Origin: an uncultured delta proteobacterium
GTDB taxonomy: Bacteria > Desulfobacterota > Binatia > Binatales > Binataceae
Direction of reading: 5' to 3'
Assembly: GCA_963808235.1 (NCBI GenBank)
Contig: CAWEEQ010000004.1
Span: forward strand, 3,616,001 to 3,680,000
Length of the DNA stretch: 64,000 nt
The notes beneath the pieces were generated by a model. The model made no database searches and had not been told where the DNA came from. It was given only the letters and a program-made list of their open reading frames with translations. Positions within the stretch are counted from its first letter, which is position 1. Each line of letters begins with the position of its first letter. This document shows positions 10,609 through 20,867 of this stretch, one piece after another. The translations under genes and the position numbers were made by a program.

Positions 10609-12332
10609 GTAGCCGGAGTGTACTGTTGGAATTCGCGGTTGAGAAAATATTGCTGGATCACGCCCAGGATGTTCGACGAAAAATAATATAGCGCGAGGCC
10701 GGCGGGAAAATTAATCAGCATGATCGTGAAAATCAGCGGCGTCAGCATCATCATCTTTTGTTGATTCGGATCGGGCGAGGTCGGAGTCATCAGCTGCTGC
10801 ACGAAACTGCTCGCGCCCATCAGCAGGACCAGCACCGGCAGCCCGTGACAATGCACCAGCGGCAACTGCGGCAGCCCGGGAATATGCAGGCAGTCCGGAG
10901 TCGAGAGATCGTTGATCCAGCCGAGGAACGGCGCATGCCGGAGCTCGACCGAATTCAGCAGCGCTTCGTAGAGGCCGATAAATATCGGCAACTGCAGCGC
11001 GGTGGGGGCGCATCCGCCGAGCGGGTTGACGTGATTGCGCTTGTACAGATCGACCATCTCTTTCTGGAGCTGTTCGTTGTTGTCCTTGTATTTCTCGCGC
11101 AGCCGTTCCATCTGCGGCTGCAGGCGCTGCATCTTCATCATCGAGCGCTGGCTTTTGATCGAGATCGGCAGGAACACGATCCGGATCGAAACCGTCAGCA
11201 GGATAATATCCCATCCATAGTTGGGCGCGATGTAGTGAAATAGCTTGAGCGTGCGCAGAAAAATAAGCGCCAGGATTCCGGCCCAGCCGAAATCTATCGC
11301 CTTGTGCAGCGACGGGTTGACGGCTTCCAGAGCCTCCAGCAGCTTCGGCCCCATGTAGATTTGACTGTGGACCCTGGTCGCGGCGTCGAACAACACCCGC
11401 GCCACCGCTTCGCTCCCCGTGTACGCCATCGTCAACTCGCCGCGGGTCGGCGTCTCGGGCAGAAACACGGACAAGAAATAGCGGTCGCCAAATCCGGCGT
11501 AAGTTATCGTGCCCGCAACCGGCGCGACGCCCTTCTCGAGTTTCTTCTGAACCTCCGTGATTACCTTGTCGTTCACATCGGCCTGCACCTCAGGAATATC
11601 GTAATATCCCTGATGCGCCGTGAGCGGCTGGCTCATCGAAACGCCGAGCGCCTGCAACTTTGGCCCGCCCGTCACCTCAACGTCCATCGCGAACACGTAG
11701 CTGCTCTTCTTGAGTGTAAACTTCTTTGTGATCGTCGCGCCGTCGGCAGTCTGGGCGGTGAAGGCCAGCGTCGAGTCGTTACCCGGAGCGAGCGTGATTC
11801 GCGGCGGCGCGGTCGTGGTGTAGTCGAGCTGACCGTCGTCGAGGACTTCGCCCTCGCGCGTCATCACCGCGCCGAGCGGCAGATGCCCATCGGGAGAAAC
11901 CTGGATCATCTCGTAAGGCGGGCTGTCTTTTGCCGCCGCCTGCCGATAGTTCCTGAGCTGAAAACTTTTCAGCCGCGCGCCGCGGGTGGTGAATACCGCG
12001 ACATAAAAATCCGAATCGACTTCGATCGTTCGTTCCGCGCCACCGGCATGCGCTGCCGCGAGCGCCGTCGATTGCGCTCCACTGGGTGGACCCGCGCCCT
12101 CAGCGCTCGCGCCGGGCGAAGCTGCCCCGGCCGCATTCGTAACCGCTCCTGAAGCCACAGCGCCGGGCGCATTGCCGAGCGCTTGGGCCTGATTGGCCTT
12201 CGCCTCCCTGGCCTGCTGGGCAGCTTGCTGCTCGGTCGGCGGCGGATAAAATCTTTTCAGCACGAGTTCCTGATAGGCGACTATCAGTACTATCGAGAGG
12301 ATTACCGCGACCAGAACTCGACTCGAATCCAA
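10605..12332 (-). CDS. yidC: Membrane protein insertase YidC
   Basis: YMGPK, IDFGW, NYGWDII, LQPQMERLREKY, NPLGGC, PAGLALYY. Confidence 0.97.
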   Translation of the reverse strand: MDSSRVLVAVILSIVLIVAYQELVLKRFYPPPTEQQAAQQAREAKANQAQALGNAPGAVASGAVTNAAGAASPGASAEGAGPPSGAQSTALAAAHAGGAERTIEVDSDFYVAVFTTRGARLKSFQLRNYRQAAAKDSPPYEMIQVSPDGHLPLGAVMTREGEVLDDGQLDYTTTAPPRITLAPGNDSTLAFTAQTADGATITKKFTLKKSSYVFAMDVEVTGGPKLQALGVSMSQPLTAHQGYYDIPEVQADVNDKVITEVQKKLEKGVAPVAGTITYAGFGDRYFLSVFLPETPTRGELTMAYTGSEAVARVLFDAATRVHSQIYMGPKLLEALEAVNPSLHKAIDFGWAGILALIFLRTLKLFHYIAPNYGWDIILLTVSIRIVFLPISIKSQRSMMKMQRLQPQMERLREKYKDNNEQLQKEMVDLYKRNHVNPLGGCAPTALQLPIFIGLYEALLNSVELRHAPFLGWINDLSTPDCLHIPGLPQLPLVHCHGLPVLVLLMGASSFVQQLMTPTSPDPNQQKMMMLTPLIFTIMLINFPAGLALYYFSSNILGVIQQYFLNREFQQYTPAT

Positions 12333-12344
12333 AGAATTAAATCC

Positions 12345-12620
12345 TTATCTCTGCCGCGCACGGACTGGATCGTAACCATGCCCGCCGATCGGATTGCATC
12401 GCGCGATTCGCCACATCGCCATCGCGCCGCCGCGGACTACCCCATATTCGGCAATCGCGTCGCGTGCGTATTCGGAGCAACTTGGCTCGAAGCGGCACGC
12501 GGGCCCGTTGATCGCACGGACTAAGGGCGAGATCGCGGCACGATAAATCGCGACCGCGCCGATCGCGGCGAATCGCGGCACCACTTTCACCCGGTCGATT
12601 GTATGAGCAAGCGTCATCAA
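12345..12620 (-). CDS. yidD: Membrane protein insertion efficiency factor YidD
   Basis: CRFEPSCSEY, RIARCNP, GGHGYDPV. Confidence 0.95.
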   Translation of the reverse strand: MMTLAHTIDRVKVVPRFAAIGAVAIYRAAISPLVRAINGPACRFEPSCSEYARDAIAEYGVVRGGAMAMWRIARCNPIGGHGYDPVRARQR

Positions 12621-13003
12621 TTGCGCCCGGCGACTTTGGCCCCGATTCGGCCGCTCAGATTCCGCGCTGCCGCGGTAAGTTCATTGTCGATCGCCGGCGA
12701 TGCGAGCATACCTGCGCCGGGGCGTGCGATCACTACTATCGAAGTACCTGAGGGCAGCTTATCGCGGATGGCGCGGCGGAAAATTTCGCGAACCCGCCGC
12801 TTGACGCGGTTTCGGACCACCGCGATACCGATTCGGCGCGAAACGGTGACCCCCAGCCGCGAGCGGCCCGGATGGTCGTCGAGATTGCCTGCGTAGAACA
12901 CGAAGTGGGAGCTCTGGAAACGCAGTCCGACGCGCTGGAGACGGATAAACTCACTCCTTCGATGCAGCCGGTCGGCTGCCCCGAAGCTCAATTGCGCGCG
13001 CAC
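12617..13003 (-). CDS. rnpA: Ribonuclease P protein component
   Basis: RLGVTVSRRIGIAVVRNRVKRRVRE (RNR motif). Confidence 0.95.
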   Translation of the reverse strand: MRAQLSFGAADRLHRRSEFIRLQRVGLRFQSSHFVFYAGNLDDHPGRSRLGVTVSRRIGIAVVRNRVKRRVREIFRRAIRDKLPSGTSIVVIARPGAGMLASPAIDNELTAAARNLSGRIGAKVAGRN

Positions 13004-13009
13004 GTGAGG

Positions 13010-13168
13010 TTAGCCCGGCTGCTTGGGCGGAATCGAGATGGCGAGCCGGGCGCGACCCTTCGCGCGCCGGCGCTTGAGCACCTTGCGGCCGCCTGGCGTG
13101 GCCATCCGCGCCAGGAATCCATGGGTTCGTTTGCGTCGGCGGTTGTGAGGTTGGTAGGTCCTTTTCAT
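13010..13168 (-). CDS. rpmH: 50S ribosomal protein L34 (not in ORF track)
   Basis: Manual translation [52 protein letters not shown]. Confidence 0.97.
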   Translation of the reverse strand: MKRTYQPHNRRRKRTHGFLARMATPGGRKVLKRRRAKGRARLAISIPPKQPG

Positions 13169-13353
13169 TGCTAGTGGCTCGCGGCCAAGGTCACTCGTGG
13201 TTTGTATTCAGACCGCATCGGTCTGTTGTAGGCCGGGTGCCTGATCGATCATTGTACAGACCCCGAACACGCAATCGAACCATACCAGACGCCGTTGAGC
13301 AAGTGCTCGACCGCGCGCGAAAGCCGGGCTTATATGACACGAGTTGATATCGC

Positions 13354-14172
13354 ATGATGAAATCATCGCCAACCAAAGCAACCGCGCGCAGACGCAACTC
13401 GCCTCCAAAGCGGCTGTCGCCGCGTCCATTCCCGATTCTCGAGTTCGATCCCGCGCCGATCGCGATCATCGAGCCGCGACGGGTGCACAAGGCGATCGAT
13501 GCTCCCCGTCACTGCGTGCTGTGCTTCTTCCAGGACGTGATCGACGACCTGGTCCGCAACGGTGCACGCGAGATTCATAGCGAACGATGGGAGACCGGTA
13601 ATCATCCGGTCTACGAGCTTGAATTCAATGGGCGGCGGCTAGCCGTTTTGCATCCGCGAGTCGGCGCTGCGGTTTCGGCGGCGATGCTCGAGATGATGAT
13701 CGCGTTCGGCTCGCGCAAATTCATCGCATGCGGCGGCGCGGGAGTGCTCGACTCGAAGATCGGGGTCGGACATATCGTGGTACCGAGCGCTGCGATTCGC
13801 GACGAAGGAACCTCGTATCACTACCTGGCGCCGGCACGCGAGGTCGCGCCGCATCCGCGCGCGCTCGCCGCAATCGAGAAAACCCTCCGGCGCAACGGCC
13901 ACGATTATATCGTCGCGAAGACCTGGACCACTGACGCGATCTTTCGCGAGACTCGGGCCCGGATGAATGCGCGCAAGCGCGAAGGATGCCTGACGGTCGA
14001 GATGGAAGCGGCGGCATTCTTCGCGGTCGCGAAGTTCCGGCGCGTGCAATTCGGCCAGATCCTATATGGCGGCGACGATCTGAGCGGCGAGTGGGACCCT
14101 CGCAACTGGAGTCGTCATCAGATCCGCGAGCGGCTGTTCACGCTGTCCGCGGAAGCGTGCCTCAGCATGTGA
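13354..14172 (+). CDS. Nucleoside phosphorylase (PNP/UDP family)
   Basis: ACGGAG, RDEGTSYHY, TWTTDAIFRET, VEMEAAA. Confidence 0.9.
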   Translation: MMKSSPTKATARRRNSPPKRLSPRPFPILEFDPAPIAIIEPRRVHKAIDAPRHCVLCFFQDVIDDLVRNGAREIHSERWETGNHPVYELEFNGRRLAVLHPRVGAAVSAAMLEMMIAFGSRKFIACGGAGVLDSKIGVGHIVVPSAAIRDEGTSYHYLAPAREVAPHPRALAAIEKTLRRNGHDYIVAKTWTTDAIFRETRARMNARKREGCLTVEMEAAAFFAVAKFRRVQFGQILYGGDDLSGEWDPRNWSRHQIRERLFTLSAEACLSM

Positions 14173-14175
14173 GGT

Positions 14176-15249
14176 TCAGTGCGTGGCGCCTCGGGTCACG
14201 ACCAGGATTCGGAAGGTGCCGGGAACCGGCTTGGGCCGTTGCCCCGGGGCGAAGGTTCCTGAAGAGGTCATCGGCGGCAGGATCAGATCGGAGGTGGGCA
14301 GATAAATCGTTCCGCTATTGTGATCGAGCGCCATCGTGCGCGCGCCAATCTGGGTCTTTACCGTCTCGGCCAGCTCGAATTTATCCGGGGACACTTCGCG
14401 AACCACGGTGAGAGTTCCGTCGCCGCAGCTCGCAAACACGATTCCGTCGTTGAATGCGGTCGCGTCGACGAACGCGCCGATCGGGAAGTCTGCGACAATC
14501 TTTCCGTCGTCGGCATTCATGACGATTAGTTTGCCATTGCGGCATCCGATGAATAGGCGGCGCGATGCGGGGTCCATCGACATCCCGGTCGGATGCTTTC
14601 CCGGGCCGAGCGGCCAGCGAGCGATCACTTTCATCGCATGCGTGTCGACCACCGCCACTTCGTCCTTATCGGCGATGTTCACGAACACGCGGCCCTTGCC
14701 GTCGGCGACCGCGAACTCGGGTGAGCCGCCGAGATCGACGGTCGCAGATGCCTTTCCGCTCTTGGGGTCCACGTCCGGTGCGATCGCAACCATCTGATGC
14801 GCGTCGCCGCACATCACCAGCACTTGCTTGCTCGCGGGATCGTAGATGATGCCGTCGGCATCCTCAGCCGCGGGGACTTTGCCCAGGGTCGCACCGGTGT
14901 TCAGGTCGAATACGACCACCGCGGCGCCCTTGCCGTCGCTGATGAACCCGCGGCCCAAATCTGGGACCAGCGCCACGCCATGAGCACGGCCGGTATCGGG
15001 AATGTCGTGGACTGTCTGGCCCGTCGACGCGTCGATGATCATCGTATGAGTGCTGCGAGTGACGTAGAGCAGACGGCCCGCCGCGTCGAGGGTCGCGTAG
15101 TCCCATCCTCCGTCGCCGCCGACTTTCAGGGTCTTGGTGAGCGCGTAGGTTTGATCGGTCGCGGGCGCCGCAGCCGCAATCTCAATCGCGCTGAGACCGG
15201 CGGACAAAACGATCACGAGGAACAGAATTCGTGCGCCGACGTTTTTCAC
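14176..15249 (-). CDS. YncE/YVTN-family secreted beta-propeller
   Basis: Signal peptide; GGDGGWDY, AHGVAL, PEFAVADGKG, GARTMALD. Confidence 0.85.
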   Translation of the reverse strand: MKNVGARILFLVIVLSAGLSAIEIAAAAPATDQTYALTKTLKVGGDGGWDYATLDAAGRLLYVTRSTHTMIIDASTGQTVHDIPDTGRAHGVALVPDLGRGFISDGKGAAVVVFDLNTGATLGKVPAAEDADGIIYDPASKQVLVMCGDAHQMVAIAPDVDPKSGKASATVDLGGSPEFAVADGKGRVFVNIADKDEVAVVDTHAMKVIARWPLGPGKHPTGMSMDPASRRLFIGCRNGKLIVMNADDGKIVADFPIGAFVDATAFNDGIVFASCGDGTLTVVREVSPDKFELAETVKTQIGARTMALDHNSGTIYLPTSDLILPPMTSSGTFAPGQRPKPVPGTFRILVVTRGATH

Positions 15250-16455
15250 TTAATTCGCCAGAATGATCCCGAACGGCTGGCCGTTGGTTCCACCGCTGTT
15301 GGTCGCAACCGTACCGACGAAACAGGGAGGACCCGGGGCACCGGCACAGGTCGGATCCAGCGAGAACTGGCTTACCGTTCCCCCACCAAAATTGGTGGTG
15401 TAGAGAAACGCATTCTGCGGATCGACGACCAGCCCAGTCGGCATATTCACGTCGCCGGGAGTCGTTCCGAAATCGACCGGTAGCGACAGAATACCCGGGT
15501 GTGTAACCAGGAACGACCACATCGTCGAGGTGCCTTGGTTCGCAGTGAAAATAAAATTGTTCGGGCTGACTGTCGAAAATCCGATTCCGAACGGCATCTC
15601 GCCGCCGGCAGTCCCCGGCACAGTGGTGCCGAACGATAGGGTGCCCGCGCTTACTGCCAACACCCCCACTTCTGCGAAAGTGCTGTCGGTCACGTAGATA
15701 AAGGTTCCGCTGGGATCGAGCGCGATGAAGCCCGGAGCGCCGCCAGCAGAGCCGATATCAAAAACCGAATTTATCTTGGTGAGCACGCCGGTCGATGTGT
15801 TGATGCTGAACGAATAGACCAGTCCCGTTTTTTGGTCCGCGACGAAAACGAACGAGCCGGTCGAATCGACCGCGATTCCGAACGGATTCACGAGTCCGAC
15901 GATTGGATGCTTAACCTGGGTAAGCTGGCCGGTGCTGGTATTGATCGAATAGCTCGTGACGGTGCCGTTCGCGAATCCTGTCACGAACAAAAACGTCCCG
16001 GCCGGGTTGATCGCGATTTCATCGGGGCCGCTGTTTTTTCCGTTGCTGATCGAGACCGGCGGCGCGAGAGCACCGGTGCCCGGATTCACCGTGTACTCGT
16101 AGATGTTGTCGTCGGCCTTGTTGGCGACATATAGAAAGTTCCCACTGGACTGGAATGCGAGGCCCTTGGGCCCACTCTTTGCGCCCGCCGCGGTAATCGC
16201 GGTGCGCTTGAGAACGCCGGTCGACGTATTGCGCGTGAATGAGGCAATGCTCCCAGTCTTGAAGTTGCTGACGAAGGCGAGCGCACCGCTTCCGGTCGAG
16301 GTCGCGGTCGGAGAGGCTGAATCGTTGGCCAGCGTCAGCAGTCCCGGAGTTCCGCACGAGACCGTGATCGTGGCTGCAATCAGGATTAGCGCCGGAACCA
16401 GCGGGATCAAGTTTCTGAATATGGTTCGGCTATGTAGCCGGCTGTCCTGATCCAT
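15250..16455 (-). CDS. Lactonase-like 7-bladed beta-propeller, exported
   Basis: Repeated P-x-G-x-F-L/V-Y/F-V blades and INTSTG repeats; hydrophobic N-terminus with possible lipobox Cys; start uncertain. Confidence 0.8.
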   Translation of the reverse strand: MDQDSRLHSRTIFRNLIPLVPALILIAATITVSCGTPGLLTLANDSASPTATSTGSGALAFVSNFKTGSIASFTRNTSTGVLKRTAITAAGAKSGPKGLAFQSSGNFLYVANKADDNIYEYTVNPGTGALAPPVSISNGKNSGPDEIAINPAGTFLFVTGFANGTVTSYSINTSTGQLTQVKHPIVGLVNPFGIAVDSTGSFVFVADQKTGLVYSFSINTSTGVLTKINSVFDIGSAGGAPGFIALDPSGTFIYVTDSTFAEVGVLAVSAGTLSFGTTVPGTAGGEMPFGIGFSTVSPNNFIFTANQGTSTMWSFLVTHPGILSLPVDFGTTPGDVNMPTGLVVDPQNAFLYTTNFGGGTVSQFSLDPTCAGAPGPPCFVGTVATNSGGTNGQPFGIILAN

Positions 16456-16627
16456 CTGTCGCGAGTACCCCCGATACTGACTCCGCCCCGATCTTGAACC
16501 TTTAGACAATCCCGCAATCGCGATCGATTACAAGAGCATCGTGCACGAAGAAAGGCGATGACAGAAGATCTCATCGATGATTCGCCGGACTTGACATCGC
16601 ACCACCTTCGGGCGGAGACCCACTTTA

Positions 16628-17122
16628 GTGAACGCGAAGGATTCCACGATCGTAGTACGTCGCGCGAGCGATCCGGATGCGGAAGAAGTCGCGACCGTTT
16701 ATATCGCATCGCGGCGCGGCGCCGTCGCGTACCTGCCGACCGTCGGCACGGACGCGGAGATTCGCACGTGGGTAATCGATCATATGGTCAAGGAAACTGA
16801 GACGTGGGTCGCGGAGACGGGCGGGCGAATCGCCGCGGTGATGGTGCTCGAGGGCGACATGGTCGATCAGCTTTACGTGACCCCCGGTAGTCAACAACGC
16901 GGTGTCGGCGACCGTCTGCTCGCGCATGCCAAGCATCTGCGGCCTGCCGGCCTTCGGCTTCATACGTTCCAGAGGAACACTCCGGCGCGGCGGTTTTACG
17001 AGCAGCGCGGATTCGTTGCGATCAAATTCACCGACGGCGCGACCAATATGGAGCGCGAACCCGACGTTCTTTACGAATGGATGCCCGAAAGCGCAACTAA
17101 TTCGAAGGAGTCAGCGCGATGA
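16628..17122 (+). CDS. GNAT acetyltransferase
   Basis: QLYVTPGSQQRGVGDRLL, NTPARRFYEQRGF. Confidence 0.9.
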   Translation: MNAKDSTIVVRRASDPDAEEVATVYIASRRGAVAYLPTVGTDAEIRTWVIDHMVKETETWVAETGGRIAAVMVLEGDMVDQLYVTPGSQQRGVGDRLLAHAKHLRPAGLRLHTFQRNTPARRFYEQRGFVAIKFTDGATNMEREPDVLYEWMPESATNSKESAR

Positions 17123-18096
17123 ACAAGATTGATCTCGAGAAAGTGCCCCGCTTCTCGGAACTTCCCGTCAAAGCAGACAAGCCCAAGGAATCGTCGTGGG
17201 GCGTGTTTGGCGACGACGACGAACTCGGATGCCTCAACTTCCTGAGTCCGGAAGGCGTCGTCGAAGCGGCGCGCCTGGTGCGCAAGGGGCATGTTTTTCG
17301 ACTCGATACAAAAATCAATTACGCGAAGCCGCCGCTGTTCGCGCGGCAGCCGGCAAAACACAACATCATGAGCTTCGAGCGCTTCGGCCTGCTCGGTTTC
17401 GACGACTCGCTCGACAGCTACAACACCCAGGAAGGGAGCCAGTGGGACGGCCTCGCCCACGTCGGCAGCCCGCGCTACAAAGCGTTTTACAACGGTGTGA
17501 AATCGAGCGAGATCAAGGACGGTCCCGACGGCCGCCTCAGCATCCACAAGTGGGCCAACAAATTTGTCGGTCGCGCGGTGCTGCTCGACGCATTCAGATA
17601 TCGGATGTCGCACGGCCGCACGATCGATCCGCTCAAGTCGGAAAAATACAGCCTCGACGATTTGAAAGAGACGGCGGTCGCGCAGGGCGTCGAGCTGAGG
17701 CCGGGCACGATTTTGCTGATACGCACGGGATGGATGCAGGCGTATCTCGCGGCGTCGGCGGCGGACAAGGCGGCGATGGCGCCGCTTGAGGGTCTGAAGG
17801 CGTGCGGGATCGACGACAGCCGCGCGATGGTCGAGTGGTTTTGGGATCATCGGATTGCGGCGGTCGGCACCGATTGTCCGGCGGTCGAGCCGTGGCCGTG
17901 GGATTTCAAGAATGAAGGCGCGCTGCACTATCGCACGCTGTGCCTGCTCGGTCTGCCGATCGGTGAGCAGTTCAATCTCGACGAACTCGCAGCCGATTGC
18001 GCCGCCGACAAGCGCTACGAATTCATGCTGGTGTCGGTGCCGATAAACCTGGAGGGCGGAATCGCGTCGCCACCCAACGCGGTCGCGATCAAGTAG
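17119..18096 (+). CDS. Cyclase-family (kynurenine formamidase-like) metal hydrolase
   Basis: WGVFGDDDELGCLN, QEGSQWDGLAH, LIRTGW, PIGEQFNL, SPPNAVAIK. Confidence 0.88.
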   Translation: MNKIDLEKVPRFSELPVKADKPKESSWGVFGDDDELGCLNFLSPEGVVEAARLVRKGHVFRLDTKINYAKPPLFARQPAKHNIMSFERFGLLGFDDSLDSYNTQEGSQWDGLAHVGSPRYKAFYNGVKSSEIKDGPDGRLSIHKWANKFVGRAVLLDAFRYRMSHGRTIDPLKSEKYSLDDLKETAVAQGVELRPGTILLIRTGWMQAYLAASAADKAAMAPLEGLKACGIDDSRAMVEWFWDHRIAAVGTDCPAVEPWPWDFKNEGALHYRTLCLLGLPIGEQFNLDELAADCAADKRYEFMLVSVPINLEGGIASPPNAVAIK

Positions 18097-18111
18097 GCGC
18101 GAATCAGTTCT

Positions 18112-18730
18112 TCACCGGGCCGAGCGCGCGGTTACTGCGATTGCGATTCGGACTGCGTTTTCCATCGTCGCTAGCGGCATGCTGGGTTGGCTGCGGTGGC
18201 GGCCGGCCTGGCGCGCCTCGTAGGGCAGATGGATAAAGCCGACCGGGATGGTGGGCTTGCGGCGGAGACAATGCAGCGCCGCGTACATCAGTGCGTTGCA
18301 TGCATAAGCGCCGGCGGTCAGCGAGATGCTCGCCGGGAATGTCCTTGCGATCGAGCTCGCGGATGATGCGGCTTAGCGGCAATCGCGAGAAGTAGGCGTC
18401 GGGTCCACCGCGCACGACTGCTGCGAGTCCCGGGTCGCCGCGTTTGGCCAGCGCGCCGCGCTCGTCGGCGAGATTGATCGCGATGCGCTCCAGCGAGATC
18501 GCCGGCCTGCCGCCCGCCTCGCCCAGTCCGATCACTGCGCGCGGCCGGTAGCGCACGATTGCGCCGGTAATTCGCCGCGCCGCCTTGGCGCATCCAACCG
18601 GCACCCGCACCGACTTTATCTGCATCCCGCCGATGAGTTCGCCGTCGAGGCTGCGCGCGATTTCCCACGACGGATTGATCTGTTCGCCGCGAAACGGTTC
18701 GAAACCAGTAAGGATCAGAATTGGTGGCAT
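18112..18730 (-). CDS. pcp: Pyroglutamyl-peptidase I, frameshifted near 18336
   Basis: LTGFEPF, NPSW, ERIAIN, AYFSRLP; after removing one base the frame continues SLTAGAYACN...GFIHLPY. Confidence 0.85.
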
Positions 18731-19578
18731 CAGGGATGAAACGTCTTGCGGCGCGGATGCTCTCTTGGCAGGTCGTCGCGATTGCCCCATTCGGCCCACG
18801 ACCCGAAGTAGTTCCTGACGTTCGGATAGCCCGCGGCCTTGAGCGCGATGTATGCGTGCGCGGCGCGGTATCCGCCCTGGCAATACGGCACAATCTCGGC
18901 GGCGGGATCGAGCCCGAGCGCCTCGTATTGCGCCCGCAGCTCGTCCGCGGATTTAACCGTGCCGTCGGCGGCCTGCGCCTCACTCCAGTCCTGATGGATC
19001 GCGCCGGGGATTGCGCCGCCATGTTTCGCGCGGACGCGTTCGCTGTAGTACTCGGCGTCGCTGCGCACGTCGAAGATCTGCACGTCGTGGTTGCCGATAC
19101 GTTCGAGCAGATGCGTGTACGAGGCGAGAGTTTCTGCGCGCGGCTTGAACTTGAAATCGGTGGGCGCGAATCTATCGACTTTGGCGGTCAGCTTTTCGCC
19201 GCTCGCCTTGAGTCCGCCGTCGAGCATCCGCGCTTTCGGATGTCCCGCGTATTCGAGCGCCCACGCCCCGCGCGCCGCGCGCATCCCGGAAGCATCTTCA
19301 TAGAACACTACGGTTTCGCGACCGCTGATTCCAAGTGCCGAGAATATCCATTGGAGCTGCGCGCCGAACTCCGCGACGCCGCGCTCGGAGGTATCGGTGT
19401 GATGAAACGGAAACGGATCGAAATGGCGCGCGTCTTTAAGATGACCGGCCCAGAACTCCTTGGCGGGGCGCGTATCGATCAGGACCAGGCCCGGGTCACG
19501 CCGATGCGCGCGGAGCCATCGCGAATCAACCAACATCTTCGATTTGCTGTGGGAGAGGCCGCTTTTCCCGCTCTTCAA
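18730..19578 (-). CDS. Tandem-domain rhodanese / sulfurtransferase
   Basis: IDTRP..GHL, LDGGL, DVRSDAEY, YCQGGYRA, YFGSWAEW; TTG start after GGAGG. Confidence 0.9.
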   Translation of the reverse strand: MKSGKSGLSHSKSKMLVDSRWLRAHRRDPGLVLIDTRPAKEFWAGHLKDARHFDPFPFHHTDTSERGVAEFGAQLQWIFSALGISGRETVVFYEDASGMRAARGAWALEYAGHPKARMLDGGLKASGEKLTAKVDRFAPTDFKFKPRAETLASYTHLLERIGNHDVQIFDVRSDAEYYSERVRAKHGGAIPGAIHQDWSEAQAADGTVKSADELRAQYEALGLDPAAEIVPYCQGGYRAAHAYIALKAAGYPNVRNYFGSWAEWGNRDDLPREHPRRKTFHP

Positions 19579-19627
19579 GTCACCTCCGCAATTCTTTCCG
19601 AACACCTGACCCGCAATATGCGGATCT

Positions 19628-20710
19628 CTATCGATCGATCCCGACCGCATCACCAATAGAACGAAATCCGTCGCGATGGAGCAAGTCGGCGAGTCCGGAC
19701 TTGATTTTGCCGACCAGCGCCGGACCCTCGTAGACAAGGCCCGTGTACAGCTCGACGAGCGAGGCGCCGGCACGAATATGCAGCCACGCATCCTCGGCGC
19801 TCGCGACTCCGCCGACGCCGATGATCGGGAGTTGTCCGCGGGTGTGAGTAAAGATGTCGCGGATCAGCTCGCGCGCGCGAGTCTTGAGTGGCGGCCCGCT
19901 GAGTCCGCCGGGGTGCATCGAGGATACGCCCACGGCGGCTCGTGCAATGGTTGTGTTGCAGGCCACGATTCCATCGAGCTTCAGCTCGCGCGCGGTATCG
20001 CAGATGTGAAACAGATCGTTGCGTTCCAGATCCGGCGCAACCTTCAGCAAAATCGGGGTCCGCTCCACCGCTTCGGCGGCGCTCTCGCGCATCGCGTCGA
20101 AAATCTCGCGCATTTTCTCCGGCGACTGCCAGTTGCGAAGCCCCGGGGTATTCGGCGAGCTCACGTTGATCACCACAAAGTCCGCAAGCGCGCCTGCCCT
20201 CGCCATCAACGATGCGTAGTCCGCGGCGACATGATCCGGCGCCGTGTCCTTGTTCGGACCGAAGTTGAGCCCGAGGCGAATCTTGGTCCGGTTTTTTCGA
20301 AGCCGCTCGATTCGCCGCGCAAACGCTTCCATGCCTGCGCTCGGGAAACCAAGGTTGTTGATCAGCGCGCGCCGCTCGCGGACGCGCCAGATGCGCGGCA
20401 GTTCATTTCCCGGCTGGGGCAGCGGGGTAACCGTTCCAAGCTCGGCAAATCCGAATCCAAGCGTCTGCCATCCACCGACCGCAACGGCGTCCTTGTCCAT
20501 CCCAGCCGCAAGGCCGATGGGATTGGAAAAACTCATCCCCCACAGCTTGACGCCGAGCTCGGGCGGATCCTTGCTTGAAACCGCCGGCACCGCCGAGAGC
20601 ATCGCGAGCGTCATGCGATGCGCCGTTTCAGCGTCGAGGCCAAACAGGTACGGCCGGAGCATCCAGCGGTAGACTGCATCAAGGGTCGAAACAGGTCTGA
20701 TTAGCGGCAC
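19628..20710 (-). CDS. pyrD: Quinone-dependent dihydroorotate dehydrogenase
   Basis: NPIGLAAGMDK, GTVTPLPQPGN, NVSSPNTPGLR, GGLSG, IIGVGG, LYTG; exact start uncertain. Confidence 0.93.
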   Translation of the reverse strand: MPLIRPVSTLDAVYRWMLRPYLFGLDAETAHRMTLAMLSAVPAVSSKDPPELGVKLWGMSFSNPIGLAAGMDKDAVAVGGWQTLGFGFAELGTVTPLPQPGNELPRIWRVRERRALINNLGFPSAGMEAFARRIERLRKNRTKIRLGLNFGPNKDTAPDHVAADYASLMARAGALADFVVINVSSPNTPGLRNWQSPEKMREIFDAMRESAAEAVERTPILLKVAPDLERNDLFHICDTARELKLDGIVACNTTIARAAVGVSSMHPGGLSGPPLKTRARELIRDIFTHTRGQLPIIGVGGVASAEDAWLHIRAGASLVELYTGLVYEGPALVGKIKSGLADLLHRDGFRSIGDAVGIDR

Positions 20711-20867
20711 TGCACAGGCAATCTTGCAGTGCGGCAGGTGTGGCGCAAACGCGCGGGTGTGGATGGAAGAGAGGCGGACCTGATGCAGTGGGGCCGCGGC
20801 TTGGAATAAGATTGACTCAGGGACTTGGCTCAAGACAGAGCGAATCTCCGGGAGCGTCGAGGAACGA

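Noticed and set aside
13169-13353. oriC upstream of rpmH
   Set aside because: No DnaA boxes, no AT-rich unwinding element and no dnaA
17119-18096. Cyclase with QxGSQWD instead of HxGTHxD
   Set aside because: This is a known subfamily variant, not novel
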